DNA from: Eledone cirrhosa
Taxonomy: Eukaryota
NCBI GenBank assembly: GCA_964016885.1
Contig: OZ024742.1
Coordinates: 217,496,001-217,560,000, forward strand
Direction of reading: 5' to 3'
DNA: 64,000 nucleotides
Positions 38,101-50,100 of this stretch are shown here, in pieces. A program made the translations under genes and the position numbers. The first letter of the stretch is position 1; each line of letters starts with the position of its first letter. The notes beneath the pieces were generated by a model, which ran no database searches, was not told the DNA's origin, and was given only the letters and a program-made list of their open reading frames with translations.

Positions 38101-41100
38101 TTTTAATTTAAACAGTCAAGGGAAATGTGGTTGCTATTTTTAGCTGAATATTGCAGTGCTTTTTTTAATTTTTTAAAACTTATATTTAGTATTTTTCCCT
38201 CAGCAAGCACTAGTGCAGGAATCTTATCAAACAACATTGATTCTATTGTACATTATTTAGTCATGCTTGCACTTTTGTTGAATTGGATTGTTTCCATAAA
38301 TGTGCCGATGCATATATTTTTACAACTAGATGCCTTTCTTATTACTTATTAAGCAAAGTACAACATTGTAGTAATGTCATAATTACATGTCATGTCATAT
38401 CATGTCAATGACCTCATAGTATACTGCCATAACACTGACTTTATAGTATAATGCCATGTCACTGATCTAATAGTATACTTCCTTACCACTGACCTCTTAG
38501 TATAATACCATACCTCTGACCTAATAATATAATGCCATACTGCTGACCTCAGTATAATGTCATACCACTGACCTCTTAGTATAATACCATACCACTAACC
38601 TCATAGTGTTATGCCATACCACTGACATGAGTATAATACCATACCTCTGATCTAATATAATGTCATACCACTGATGTCATAGTGTTATGCGATACCACTG
38701 ACCTCTTTGTATAATACCATACTACTGACCTAATAGTATAATGTCATACGACTGACCTCATAGTATAATACCATATCAGGACAAGATGTTTCTGTCGACT
38801 ACAACAAAATGATTTGTATGCACATGATGCACTGTTCAATGGTTTCAACATATGTCCTTTTGTCAAGAATCTAGTGTCTGAACAACTGGCTAGCCACTGC
38901 TCCCTATTTATTCACCATTCATAACATTTGCCTTTTTCTCTTATGATAGTTTTATTCATTGTTATCTTCTCATTCCCCCTCACTATTTTAGGCATAGTGT
39001 CTTCCTCCATCTACTCCCCCTCTTAATCATCATCAACACCACTTTATTCATTACCCTGAAATGTAATAATTGTTTCTAATTTAGGCACAAGGCCAGCAAT
39101 TTTGGGAGAAGGGAAAGTCGATTAAATCAGCCCCAGTGCATTACTGGTGCTTTATTTTATCGACCCCATAAGGAGGCAAAGCTAATCTTGGCAGGATTTG
39201 AACCCAGATTGTAAAGAGGTGTAACCATATGCCATAAAGCATTTTGTCCAATGATCTACCAATACTGCCAATCTACTGCCCTACCATGAAATGTAATAAT
39301 GGTTGAGTAAATGTGTCATTTTAACTGAAGGGACAAGAGGCTGTATTCTATCACTGAGAATGTTCTTGTGTCTTTAATCATATCATCATCGTTTAACATC
39401 CACTTTTCTGCTAGCAAGGGTTTAACAAGTCATCAACAGAACAGATTGGTACTCAAGCGGAGGTACTGGTCGCGTGGGTGGGCCAGGAGACTGTATCTTG
39501 CTTACATACATTCTCTCACTCTACCAGGTACTCAGACAAGCCTGCAACCTGCAACTCACTTATCTACAGCCCTATGCACCAAATGCATATATATATATAT
39601 ATATATCATCATCATCATTTAACATCTACTTTCCCTGTTAGCAAAGGTTGGACGGATCCTTGCAGAGCATGTCTATACAGTATACAGAAGCAAGACCACT
39701 GACCTCCCAGACAGGCTGGGGGGTTGCATCTTGTTTACATCATCATCATCATCATCACTGTTTTACATCCGTTCTTCCACGCTAGCATGGGTTAGACGAG
39801 TTCTCCTGTTGCGGGCAGTGTCCCGTCGGCTGACTTTGTCTTGCTCATACGGGAACTGATTCTGGCTTGATTTCTACAGCTGGATGCCCTTCTTAACACC
39901 AACCTCATTTACAGTGAGTGCTGGGTGCTTTTTTTCGTGGCGCCTACACGTCCACTTTACAGTGTGGGCTGGGTGCTTTTTTTTCTTTTGCCATGGCACC
40001 TCCATGACCACTTTGCAGTGGAATGATAGGGACCCCAGTCCTATCATCTCATTTTTACAGCTGAGTAAACTGGAGCAATGTGAAATAAAGTGTCTTGCTC
40101 AAGGAAACAACACATCACCCGGTCTGAGAATTGAACTCACAACCTTTCGATTGCAAACCCAATGCTCTAACCACTAAGCCATGTGCCTTCTCATATGGTT
40201 CCACATTCTACCAAGTGCATTTTATCGTGGCACCAGCACCAGAGAAGTTATCATGTCTTTGACACAACTGAGAGTTCTCTCAACATTTTGTTTGGCAAGT
40301 TTTCTACGGCCTGATACCCTTCTAACACCAACCACCTTACCGTGTGTCCTGGGTGCTTTTATCATGTAGATCACCAACACTAGGGAGGGTCCTCCAAAAC
40401 CTTTGTTTGGCAAGTTTTCTACAACTGGATGCCCTTGCTTTCACCAACCACTTTACAGCTTGTACTAGGTGCATTTATTGTGTAGATTACCAACACTAGC
40501 GAGATTGTCATGTCCTTGACATAACTGAAGGGTCCTCCCAATCCTATATATATATATAACACTGAACATTCCTTGTCTCATTTATCTGGTAGTGGAGAAG
40601 ATGGATAGCAGCTGTTGTAAAGTGGCTTATTTTTGCGAGAAAAAAATAATGTTACAACAAAATAAAGGTACAAAAGTTGGTAGCCTTGAGACATCTAGCG
40701 ACTAATATATAATACTTCATTGCCTACCATTATGGATCAGTTTTTGGATTGTAAAAACATCCAATGGTAGCTGATCCTTTATTTTAGTATGCTGTTGGTA
40801 TGTAGTTACACACTATTGCTTAATGTCTTCTTCCATGTCACCCACTTATTCCTGGGAGGGTCATGGGGGCAGAGTTTTCAAGTATGCCTTCCAGCGGGTC
40901 CTGTCAGAAGCAACCTTCTTCAATTAATCCAGTTGGATCCCCAAGCAAGGCCAGCTGAGAGCATAGATGTTATCCAACCATCTTGCTTGTAGTCTACTTT
41001 TGGGCTGCCTGCTGGCTGGTTTTGCACTTAAAATCTTTCCTTAGACGTTCTAACCACATGTCCATCGTATCAAAGCTTTAATCTCTCAATTCGGAGAAGT

Positions 41101-44100
41101 AGCAGTTCTACTTGGGAGTGACTCTCTGATCTGCAAGCTACACACTCTATTGAGTAACATTACTCCATAGACCCTTTGGAGGAAACCCATTTCAGCCGCT
41201 TGCATTTACGATCGTATTCTTTTGGTCATTACCCAAGATTCGTGACCTTAGGTATGGGTTGGCATAAATACCAAATTGAAGTAAGTTTGGCTTTTACGCC
41301 TACCTCTTTTCTTACACTTAATTCAGCCTCTTGTCTTCCATTACTCGTGAACGCAGGCCCCAAGATACTTGAACTTTTCCACATGGAATTCTACTCACAT
41401 GTAGAGTGCACTACACAGGCTTCTTTGTGAGGGTGAGTGTCTCAGTCTTCACAGCACTGATATCTTTTCCTGCCATGCAGTACTCAGCAATAAACCTATC
41501 ATGTGAATTGCTTAATTTAAAAGATTACAGTTTCAATACTGATGTATACTAGTAGTGAAGAAATCTTCAGTATACACCGCCATGAATAATGGATGTGTAT
41601 ATGTGAATCAACATTTGCCTTTTTTATTGTTTGTATTTTATGTATTGTAAAATTTGCAGTCACGTTTTTATGTTGGTTTCTTAAAAAATATAAATAACTC
41701 TGCCTGTTTTCAGGGGTTGCATTATAAAATATATTACTGAATTTTAGCTACAAAAAATGTGGGGTTGAGGTTACATTATATAGGTTATCTCGTTTACCTA
41801 TCTAGCAGTTGAACAGTATTAGCTGCAGTGGTAAGATGGGGGTAGCAATTGTTAATAGTGCTTCATAGTAAACTAACATGTTCTGTGCCATTTGCTTTGA
41901 CCACAGAGCAGATAAATGTAAGCTGTAGTTATGTGGTGCTATTATCAACAGTACTGTGTTGTTTTATGCAATGAGCTTAACTGCAGAGCTGCCTCGTCCA
42001 ACTCTTCAAGCTTTCTTTCACTCCCGGCAGGATTATATCCTAATCTATTGAAACATGGGTGTTGGGTGCTGAAGTATTTTCTGGTCAGTCTTTGAGACTT
42101 TGTTAGCAACTTTTTTAAAAAATCAGAAATAATTTCAAGGCATTCAGAATTTATCTCTCAAAGCTAATTTACATGGCTATGGGAAAATATAATATTTGCG
42201 ACTGTTTCCTTCTATTAAACCATATCGGCATAGCATCCTTGATCAATTTTGACAAAAATTTTACATATAGATACAAATAAATTTAAGCTTGTGTAATTTC
42301 ATAATTCGGGGTGGATGTTACATAAATAGGAAGTGAAACGATCTAAGGGGAATAACTCAAAGGAGCCAACTTATTCGAAACTGACTTGTTTAATTAATTA
42401 CTAAATGCTGAGATTATATTTACTTGTATGATAATTAATAATGTTTAATTGACATGTTTTTATATGTTTATTTATTTCAAGCTCTCAAAAATCTGTATTT
42501 AATGGGAAGCGAGCTGTGAGTGTGCATCGACAGAATAGCTACCCATCAGAGTCGCAGTCTCAACATGAAGATATTGTTAAATATTTAATGGATAGTAAGT
42601 ATTACCAAGTTCTGATCACATTATCATCACCAGCAGCATATCACACTATATTTTTCCTCAACATCATCTTGCCACTGTTGTCATTATTATCATCATTATT
42701 TTTTATTTTTTACTGTTTAGTCAAGTGAGACGTGCAGTGCCAATGTCTCATTTCAAGACATCAGAATCTGATAGGTGGGAAGGAAGAGGGTGTCCTCAAA
42801 CTGGAGACCTTGTATAAATGCTTGTGACAGAGTTAACTCCACTAAAGGCACCCAAGGGCTGTTAAAGTGGGCGACAGTTATGGCACACTGAGATTTGAAT
42901 TCAGAACTCAAAGAGTTAGAACAAATACCACAAGGTACCTGATCTGATGCTCAAACAATTCCACCAATCTACAGCTTGGACTGCCAATTTATTTGATCAA
43001 ACTTGAAAGAATTGAAAATAAAATTGGCTTCTAGATGATTTGAACTCAGAGTGCAGAGGTTACTGGGCATTTTGTCCTATGCTTTCGTGACTGCCAATTG
43101 TAACCTTCACTAAAACCCTGTGTGAGGTTTATAAACATAAGTACTATAATCATCATTAATTAATATTGTAGGATTCCTGATGCCATGGATCAAAATACTC
43201 TACAAAGTATTTTGATGGCTACAAAATCTTAAGTATATGTGAACTGTGAAGATAAATTACAAATTGCCTGAGTCATTAGAATGTTGGATAGAATACCTTG
43301 CACCAGTTGTTCCTGATCCATTTACTCAAATCTCAATAAGATCAACTTTGCCTTTTATCCTTATGAGTATAAGTACCAGTCAAGTACTGGGGTTGATTTT
43401 TCTCTTTCATAATCAGCTACATTGTAATACAAGAAATGTCATAAGAGACCCTTCACAGCATCATGTGAGAAGGGTTGAGTGAGGGGTTAGCTACTTCTCA
43501 TAGAATAACTAATATGTTACTGAAGGTATCCAAGGGTGGACCCATATGCAGTTAGACACAGAATGGAAATTAAGAAGATAGGAAGTGAAGAGGCCTTAGT
43601 GATGCGTCTTTAGCTCCAGTTCAGTCCTGACCCTGCAAGCTCATGTTCAAAGGCATTTCTAGCTTACACCAACATTTCTGTTATTTAAACCTAGTAAACC
43701 CCATATATATGTGTGTGTGTGTGTGTATGTATATATATATACATACACACACACATATAATATCAGAAAACTAGTTTTGTTTATTTTCCAACACATTTTA
43801 AATCTTTATTGTTTGTGTGTTTGATTCCAAGGTAATAAGTTTAAATTTTGGTTAAATTATTCGTCATTATCTCGCAATTTCTAATTATATGCTAAATACC
43901 CTGCTGTTGTCATCATCATCATATTTTTAACAGAGGCACAAACTTGTACATTTAAGAGGATATTGTCAAAATTAAGCTCCATTTCTAACTGGTACCTATT
44001 TTATTGATTCTGTCAGGATGAGCGAGCAAGGTTAATCTTGGTATTATTAAAAATCAAAATTTAAAAAGGCTTAGCTAAATATTGCAATGACATAAAGAGG

Positions 44101-47100
44101 TAGTGCTGATGTCATGATAAAATACACCCAGTCAATTCTGGGAGGTGGTAGTACTGGTGCAACAACAAAAAACACCCAGTCAAATCTGTAAGGTGCTAGT
44201 GCTGGTGCCACAACAAAATGCTCCCAATACATGCTATAATGTAGTTGGTGTTAGGAAGAGCTAAACGAAACGTAGTCACCTGACCAGTTTGATCTTGTAA
44301 TTTGATAACCTGCCTAATCATGCAAGCATGGAAAATAAGTGTTAAATGGTGTTGATAATCATGTTTGTTTGTTGTCGTTTTTTTTCTCTAAATTAAATTA
44401 TGATCCTTATTACATTTTTTTAGCTTGGAACAGAGTAGTTTATGAACCTGACAGCAGGCATCCTAGAGACAATAAGGGTAAGTAAATAATAACTGTGTAT
44501 GTTTTATTCATAATCGAATGTATATATTTACTGTTTTACATCCATTGCTTTTACATTGTTTTCTTTATGTTTGTATATTGTTGGAACAATAATTGCTGTT
44601 GTTTAGCCCCAGGTTATCACTGATCATGCAGATCTATGACCTAAGGTATTCTCACCATGACCATTCTGTCTTTTCTTTCTCAGAGTCTGCATTGTCCAGT
44701 ATATCTTCTATTTAACCCCATAGGGTGTCATTTTAGGAAGGTTTGGCTGTTATTTCTAGCATGTTTAGTGACTGCATGGAGGCTTTTATTGGTTCATGTA
44801 GAATGAGTTTTACTTGAATATAAACCCCACAGCCAGTAACAAATTTAAAAGCATATTACTTGATGCTTTTGACAGTAAGGAAGAGCAATTAGAGATATAC
44901 AATATAGAGGAACAGTGGGAATTCCTGAAAGTAAACCTGCTGAAGGTGATTCATGAAATCTGTGGCTGGCAGGAGGAGAGTGACATGGTGGTGGAACAGT
45001 AAGGTGGAGGAGTTCATCAAGGGCAAAAAGTAGGCTTGGAAAGAATGGCGGGATGGAGGTAGTAGAGAACTCTATTGGGTAGCTAGGAGAGACGCTAGAT
45101 GTCAAGTACACTTTGCAAAGAGAGAAGCAGAGGATAGTAAGTTCAAGCATATTCTACAACGCGAGGACCAAAGACGTGAGGTGTTCAGGATTGCGAGGCA
45201 GTGTGTCAAGGAGGATTGTGATATTGTTGGGGAGACATGTGTCCGTAATGACAATGGTATACTTGCCATCACTGATACTGATAAGAAGGTAGCTTGGAAG
45301 TGTCACTACGAGAGGCTACTAAATGAGGAGAATGAATGGAATAAAGATAGTCTGTCCCACATTGATCCAACAGAAGGACCAGCTGTGCAAGTTAATGGTA
45401 GTATAGTAAGTAAGGGAATCAGAGATATGAAGACAAGCAAAGCAGCTGGGCCTTCGGGGATAGTTGCTGGAATGGTGGGACATACTATGGTCACCCGGAT
45501 TGTAAACCAAGTAATACAGAATGAGATCATACCAAATGACTGGCATAGCAGCATCATTGTCAACTGTTACTAGGGCAAAGGAGATACCCTAGATTGAGGA
45601 AACTTTAGGGGGCATTAAGTTAGTTGACCAGGTCATGAAGGTCACAGAAAGAGTTATTACTCCACTGATTAGAGACCAAATTGATCTAGATGAAATGCAG
45701 TTTGGGGTTGTGCCAGGTAAAAGCACCATCGATGCTCTTTTCCTTGTACGGCAAGTACAGGAGAAATACCTAGCTAAAAGTAAATCCCTCTACTTAGCTT
45801 TTATTGACTTGGAGAAAGCCTTTGACAGAGTCCCATGCACCTTAATCTGGTGGGCTCTTAGAAAACTAAGAGTAGATGAGTGGCTTGTGAGAGCTATACA
45901 AGCCATGTATAGGGTAACAGTCAACAAGGTTAGAATTAACAATGAATATATTGAAGAATTTAGCGTAATAGTAGGTGTTAGCCCCCTACTGTTTATTATT
46001 GTCCTACAGGCTATAACAGAAGGGTTTAAGACTGGCTGCCCATGGGAACTTCTATATGCAGATGATCTAACTCTCATAGCTGAATCTATGCCTGAATTAG
46101 AGAAGAAATTCCAAACATGGAAGCATGGCCTAGAATCAAAAGGCCTTAAAGTTAACTTGTAGTGGGATCACAGGTAAGCTATCTAAGAATGTAGATTTTA
46201 TGTGGCCGATTCTCAGGTGCAATAAGTAGCAAGGGCCCACTGGATGCTATCTTCTTCAACTGTCCAGATGGTTCTATAGAAATAGTAGACACTTTCCATT
46301 ACCTGGGTGACAAAATCAGCAGTGGAGGAGGATGCTCTGAAAGTACAGAGTTAGAACGGGGTGGGAAAAGTTCAGAAAGCTAATACCGCTGTTGGCCACA
46401 AGTGGTTTTTCTCTAGAAGTGAAAGGCAGATTGTATGATGCTTGTATGCGAACGGCAATATTACATGGTAGTGAGACCTGGGCGTTATGTGCTGAAGACT
46501 TGCGTAGATTAGAAAGAAATGAAACTTGCATGCTCCAATGGATGTGTAATAGTAATGTACACGAACGGCAAAGAATAAACAAATTAAGAGAGAGACTAAG
46601 CATAAGAGGTATCAAATGTTGTGTTCGGGAGAGGATATTGCATTGGTGTGGACATGTGATGCGTATGAAGGACAAAGGCTGTATAAAAAAGAGCAAGTGA
46701 TCAAAATTGATGGAAGCTACGGAGTGGGTAGACCAAGAAAAATCTAGGACGAGGTGATAAAAACTGATCTTGCTCACTTACACCTCTCTAAGACAATGTC
46801 ACTGGATCGAGATCTTTGGCACCATGCAGTTGTACAAAAGACATACAAACTTAAACCTACAGTCAGTAGGCACCTCTTAACCCAATATATACCCCACCCC
46901 ACACATCCACTGTAAAATGGTCGTGTCGGGGACACGGCAAAAAGCACCCAGTCCTCACTGTAAAGTGGTCCGGTAGGAGACACGATAAAAAGGCTCCCAG
47001 TCCACACTGTAAATGTGGATGGTGTTAGGAAGGGCATCCAGCCAGAGAAAGCCTGCCAACCCATGCTAATGTAGAAGATGGATGTTAAATGATGATAATG

Positions 47101-50100
47101 ATGATAAACCAAGCCCTCTATTTTATGCCTAAGAAATGGGCAAAACTCCAACCCCATTTATAAACGAAGGCAGCTAATCAATACATTATGTTTAGATGGT
47201 GTGGTTTTGAAATTCTCGTGTGTATAAAATATATTTATAAAGTTTTAATATTTTGATGTTTAAAATGTTTTAAAGTGTTGTTTAGAGTATAGTTTTATTT
47301 ACACAACTCCATTATGCAATGATTTTTTACCATTTCATCCATTTTATAGTTTCAACAAGTTTCTCGAATTTCTGTTTACTTTTGGCCACTCACATGCTAG
47401 GAGTAGTTGAAAGCAAAAAATTGAATAAGAGAATTTTGTATAGGGATACATAGAGTAGAAGAGGGAGGGAGAGACAGCAAGTGTGAATGAGAAAAAAAAG
47501 AGGGTGAGAGCAATAAAATAAAATCCAAAGTAAGGTTGAAAGAAAAATATTGTCAGAGAAAAACGTTTGTATGTGTGTGTGTGCACACATGTGCATGCAT
47601 GTATGTGTATGGTATGTTTATGTGCTAATAAGTTCAAGTTATAAAAATTTGTTGGAAATATTTTCATGACACCAACAATGATGTAGTGAACGTAGAAAAA
47701 TAGTGTTTCATTGTAAAATAATCACTCTAGATATTTTATCACCTTATTTACATAGAATTTGAAGTTGGTGAAAATTGACAAAATATTGACCCCGAATATA
47801 AGCCGACCCCCATTTTACCATTGATTTTTTAGGGTGACTCCAAAATATTCCTCAGCTTATATTTGTGCATATACTGTATATATATATATCGTCATTTTAC
47901 ATCTGCTTTTCCCTGCTAGCAAGGGAGGGATGGGTCCTCTTAAGCAAAGCATCTCACTATTCATCACGGTCCCTCGTCATCTCTGTGAGCTTCAACTATC
48001 TGAGGTCAGCTATCACCACTGCCGCCCATGTTTTTTGTGGTCATCCCTATAATATCATATATATATATATATATGATGAGGCATATACCTAGTAAGCAAC
48101 ACCATTCCCTACTATCCCCCCTCTCATAAACCATCCCCAATTTCCCCAAGAATCTTCCCCATCCCTCCCAAGTTTCCAACCTCCTCTATAAAAATGATCA
48201 CCCGCAGGAGACCATGACAAAAGAGCCCAGCCCACACTATTGTGGTCATGCAGGTGTCATGACAAAAGCAACCACCCAGTCCACACTATAAAGTAGTTGT
48301 GTAGGTGACACGGCAAAAAGCACCCAGTCCACGCTGTAGAGTGATCGTGTAGGTGACATGGCAAAAAGCGCCCAGCACACATTGTAAATGTGGTTGGCAT
48401 TAGGGAGGGCATCCAGCCGTAGAAACCAAGCCCGAATCAGTTCTATGTGAGCAAATCACGGTCCCCTGACCTGATCTCTCACAAAGGGACAGCTCGTCCT
48501 ACCCATGCTAGCATGGAAGATGGACGTTAAACGATGATGATGATGTGTATATATAAATATATATATTTGAATCAGTACTAAGCACCATTGTGTATTTCAG
48601 CTATACACATATTTCTACTGTTTGTTTGTACGTGAGTGTAGAGAGAGAGAGATAGTGGGGAGGAAGAGATGGCAGCTGAACTGAAGATGATCAGGTAATA
48701 TATCCAATATAAATTGTACTATAGGCAACCAGCAAGGGAACTTATTTATGGTCACTGAACCTGCTAGAAACAACACTGAAATCTTTAAATTATACCATAC
48801 AATCTTAAAAACAGGAAGATACAGCAGATAATGTAGTTTGAGATATACCTTGTCTGAATAAAATGAAAATGACTACACCTGGAACATTTTTCATCAAATG
48901 AATATGTTCAATGAGAGATCATCTGGGGCACAACAGCAACAAAGGGACAAGTGTAGGCAGAAATATAAACTATAAGATTAATAAATATTTTAATGAATTC
49001 ATAACTAATACATATTAGAAATTTAAACTTGTAACTTTACAATTACTTCAATAATTTTAATTTTTATTTCCTAACCAATTCAGCTTGGAGCAGGTTTCCT
49101 CATGACATGGATAACAGACACCAAAGAATTATAAAACGTAAGTTGATATTTATTTTCTGGTATTCTTTCCTATCATCATACCCAACCCATCCAATAATAC
49201 ATGCTCTCGGGTCCCAAATAATGAGGTGCAGTTGGGCATTTGCTTAAATTCTTATAAGTGAGGTGGGGTGGGGGAATCGGTAATTCTATAGTGTACGTTC
49301 GTAAGTATAGGATTTCTTGTAATGTTCTTTTTTTGTCATATATAATGTAAAATAAAATTATTAAATTCTACAGTTGCTGTATCAATATGAATCACTTACA
49401 ATAAAATTTTGCCGGAGATAGATTAGTAAAATTTAATGGGGGTGGGGGGGATTATTCAAGACCTGGTAGTACATTTGCTATTTCAAATCTTTTTTTTTTA
49501 CACTTCTTTTGTATTGTTATATTTCCCAGTGTAAATTGTTCTACAATATCATTTACCATAGATTTCTTTTTACTTTCTTATCACACAGCTTCTAATCCTA
49601 CGTGGTACAAAGAAAAATGTCCAAACCCGCAAATGGAGAGTAAGTTATCTCAATCAATTTCTATTTTGGCATAATATTCTTATGTATTTGTTCTATATTT
49701 TGTTAATGTTGTCTAACCCTACATTAGCCTTGATAGAACACTCATATGATAAAAATCATTCAATATTTTCAAACATAGTATATCTAGGAATACTCTATCC
49801 AATGTGATGTATTTTGGTATAATTGCAAGATTTGACTGCTATTTCTAGCAAGCCAAGTGGCCACATAAGAGCTCTTATATTGAGTTGCCTCTGTACTAAT
49901 TATTTCATGTGGTAGGCTTTAGTCCATTGTCTAGTTTTAACACCATAACCTGGCTCTTCAGTTTCTTTAGTGAAGTTTTCTCTGTAGCAAGCAATCAGAC
50001 TAGCTCTCTGGTATGAGAACAAGTAATTTGCCATCCTGATATGCAGTTTCCTACTACTGCAGCAACCCATGGGTCATGAATCATAAAAATTGATGTGAAC

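Noticed and set aside
38405-38776. CRISPR-like array
   Set aside because: The units are contiguous degenerate repeats without unique spacers, there are no cas genes, and the context is eukaryotic.
42516-42728. 70-aa standalone ORF
   Set aside because: It is exon 3 read through into the intron; similarity to FAM195 stops at the donor at 42594.
42974-43030. Possible third exon-4 variant (acAG|CTTGGACT...)
   Set aside because: There is an in-frame TGA after 10 codons, no GT donor at +54, and it lies in SINE debris.
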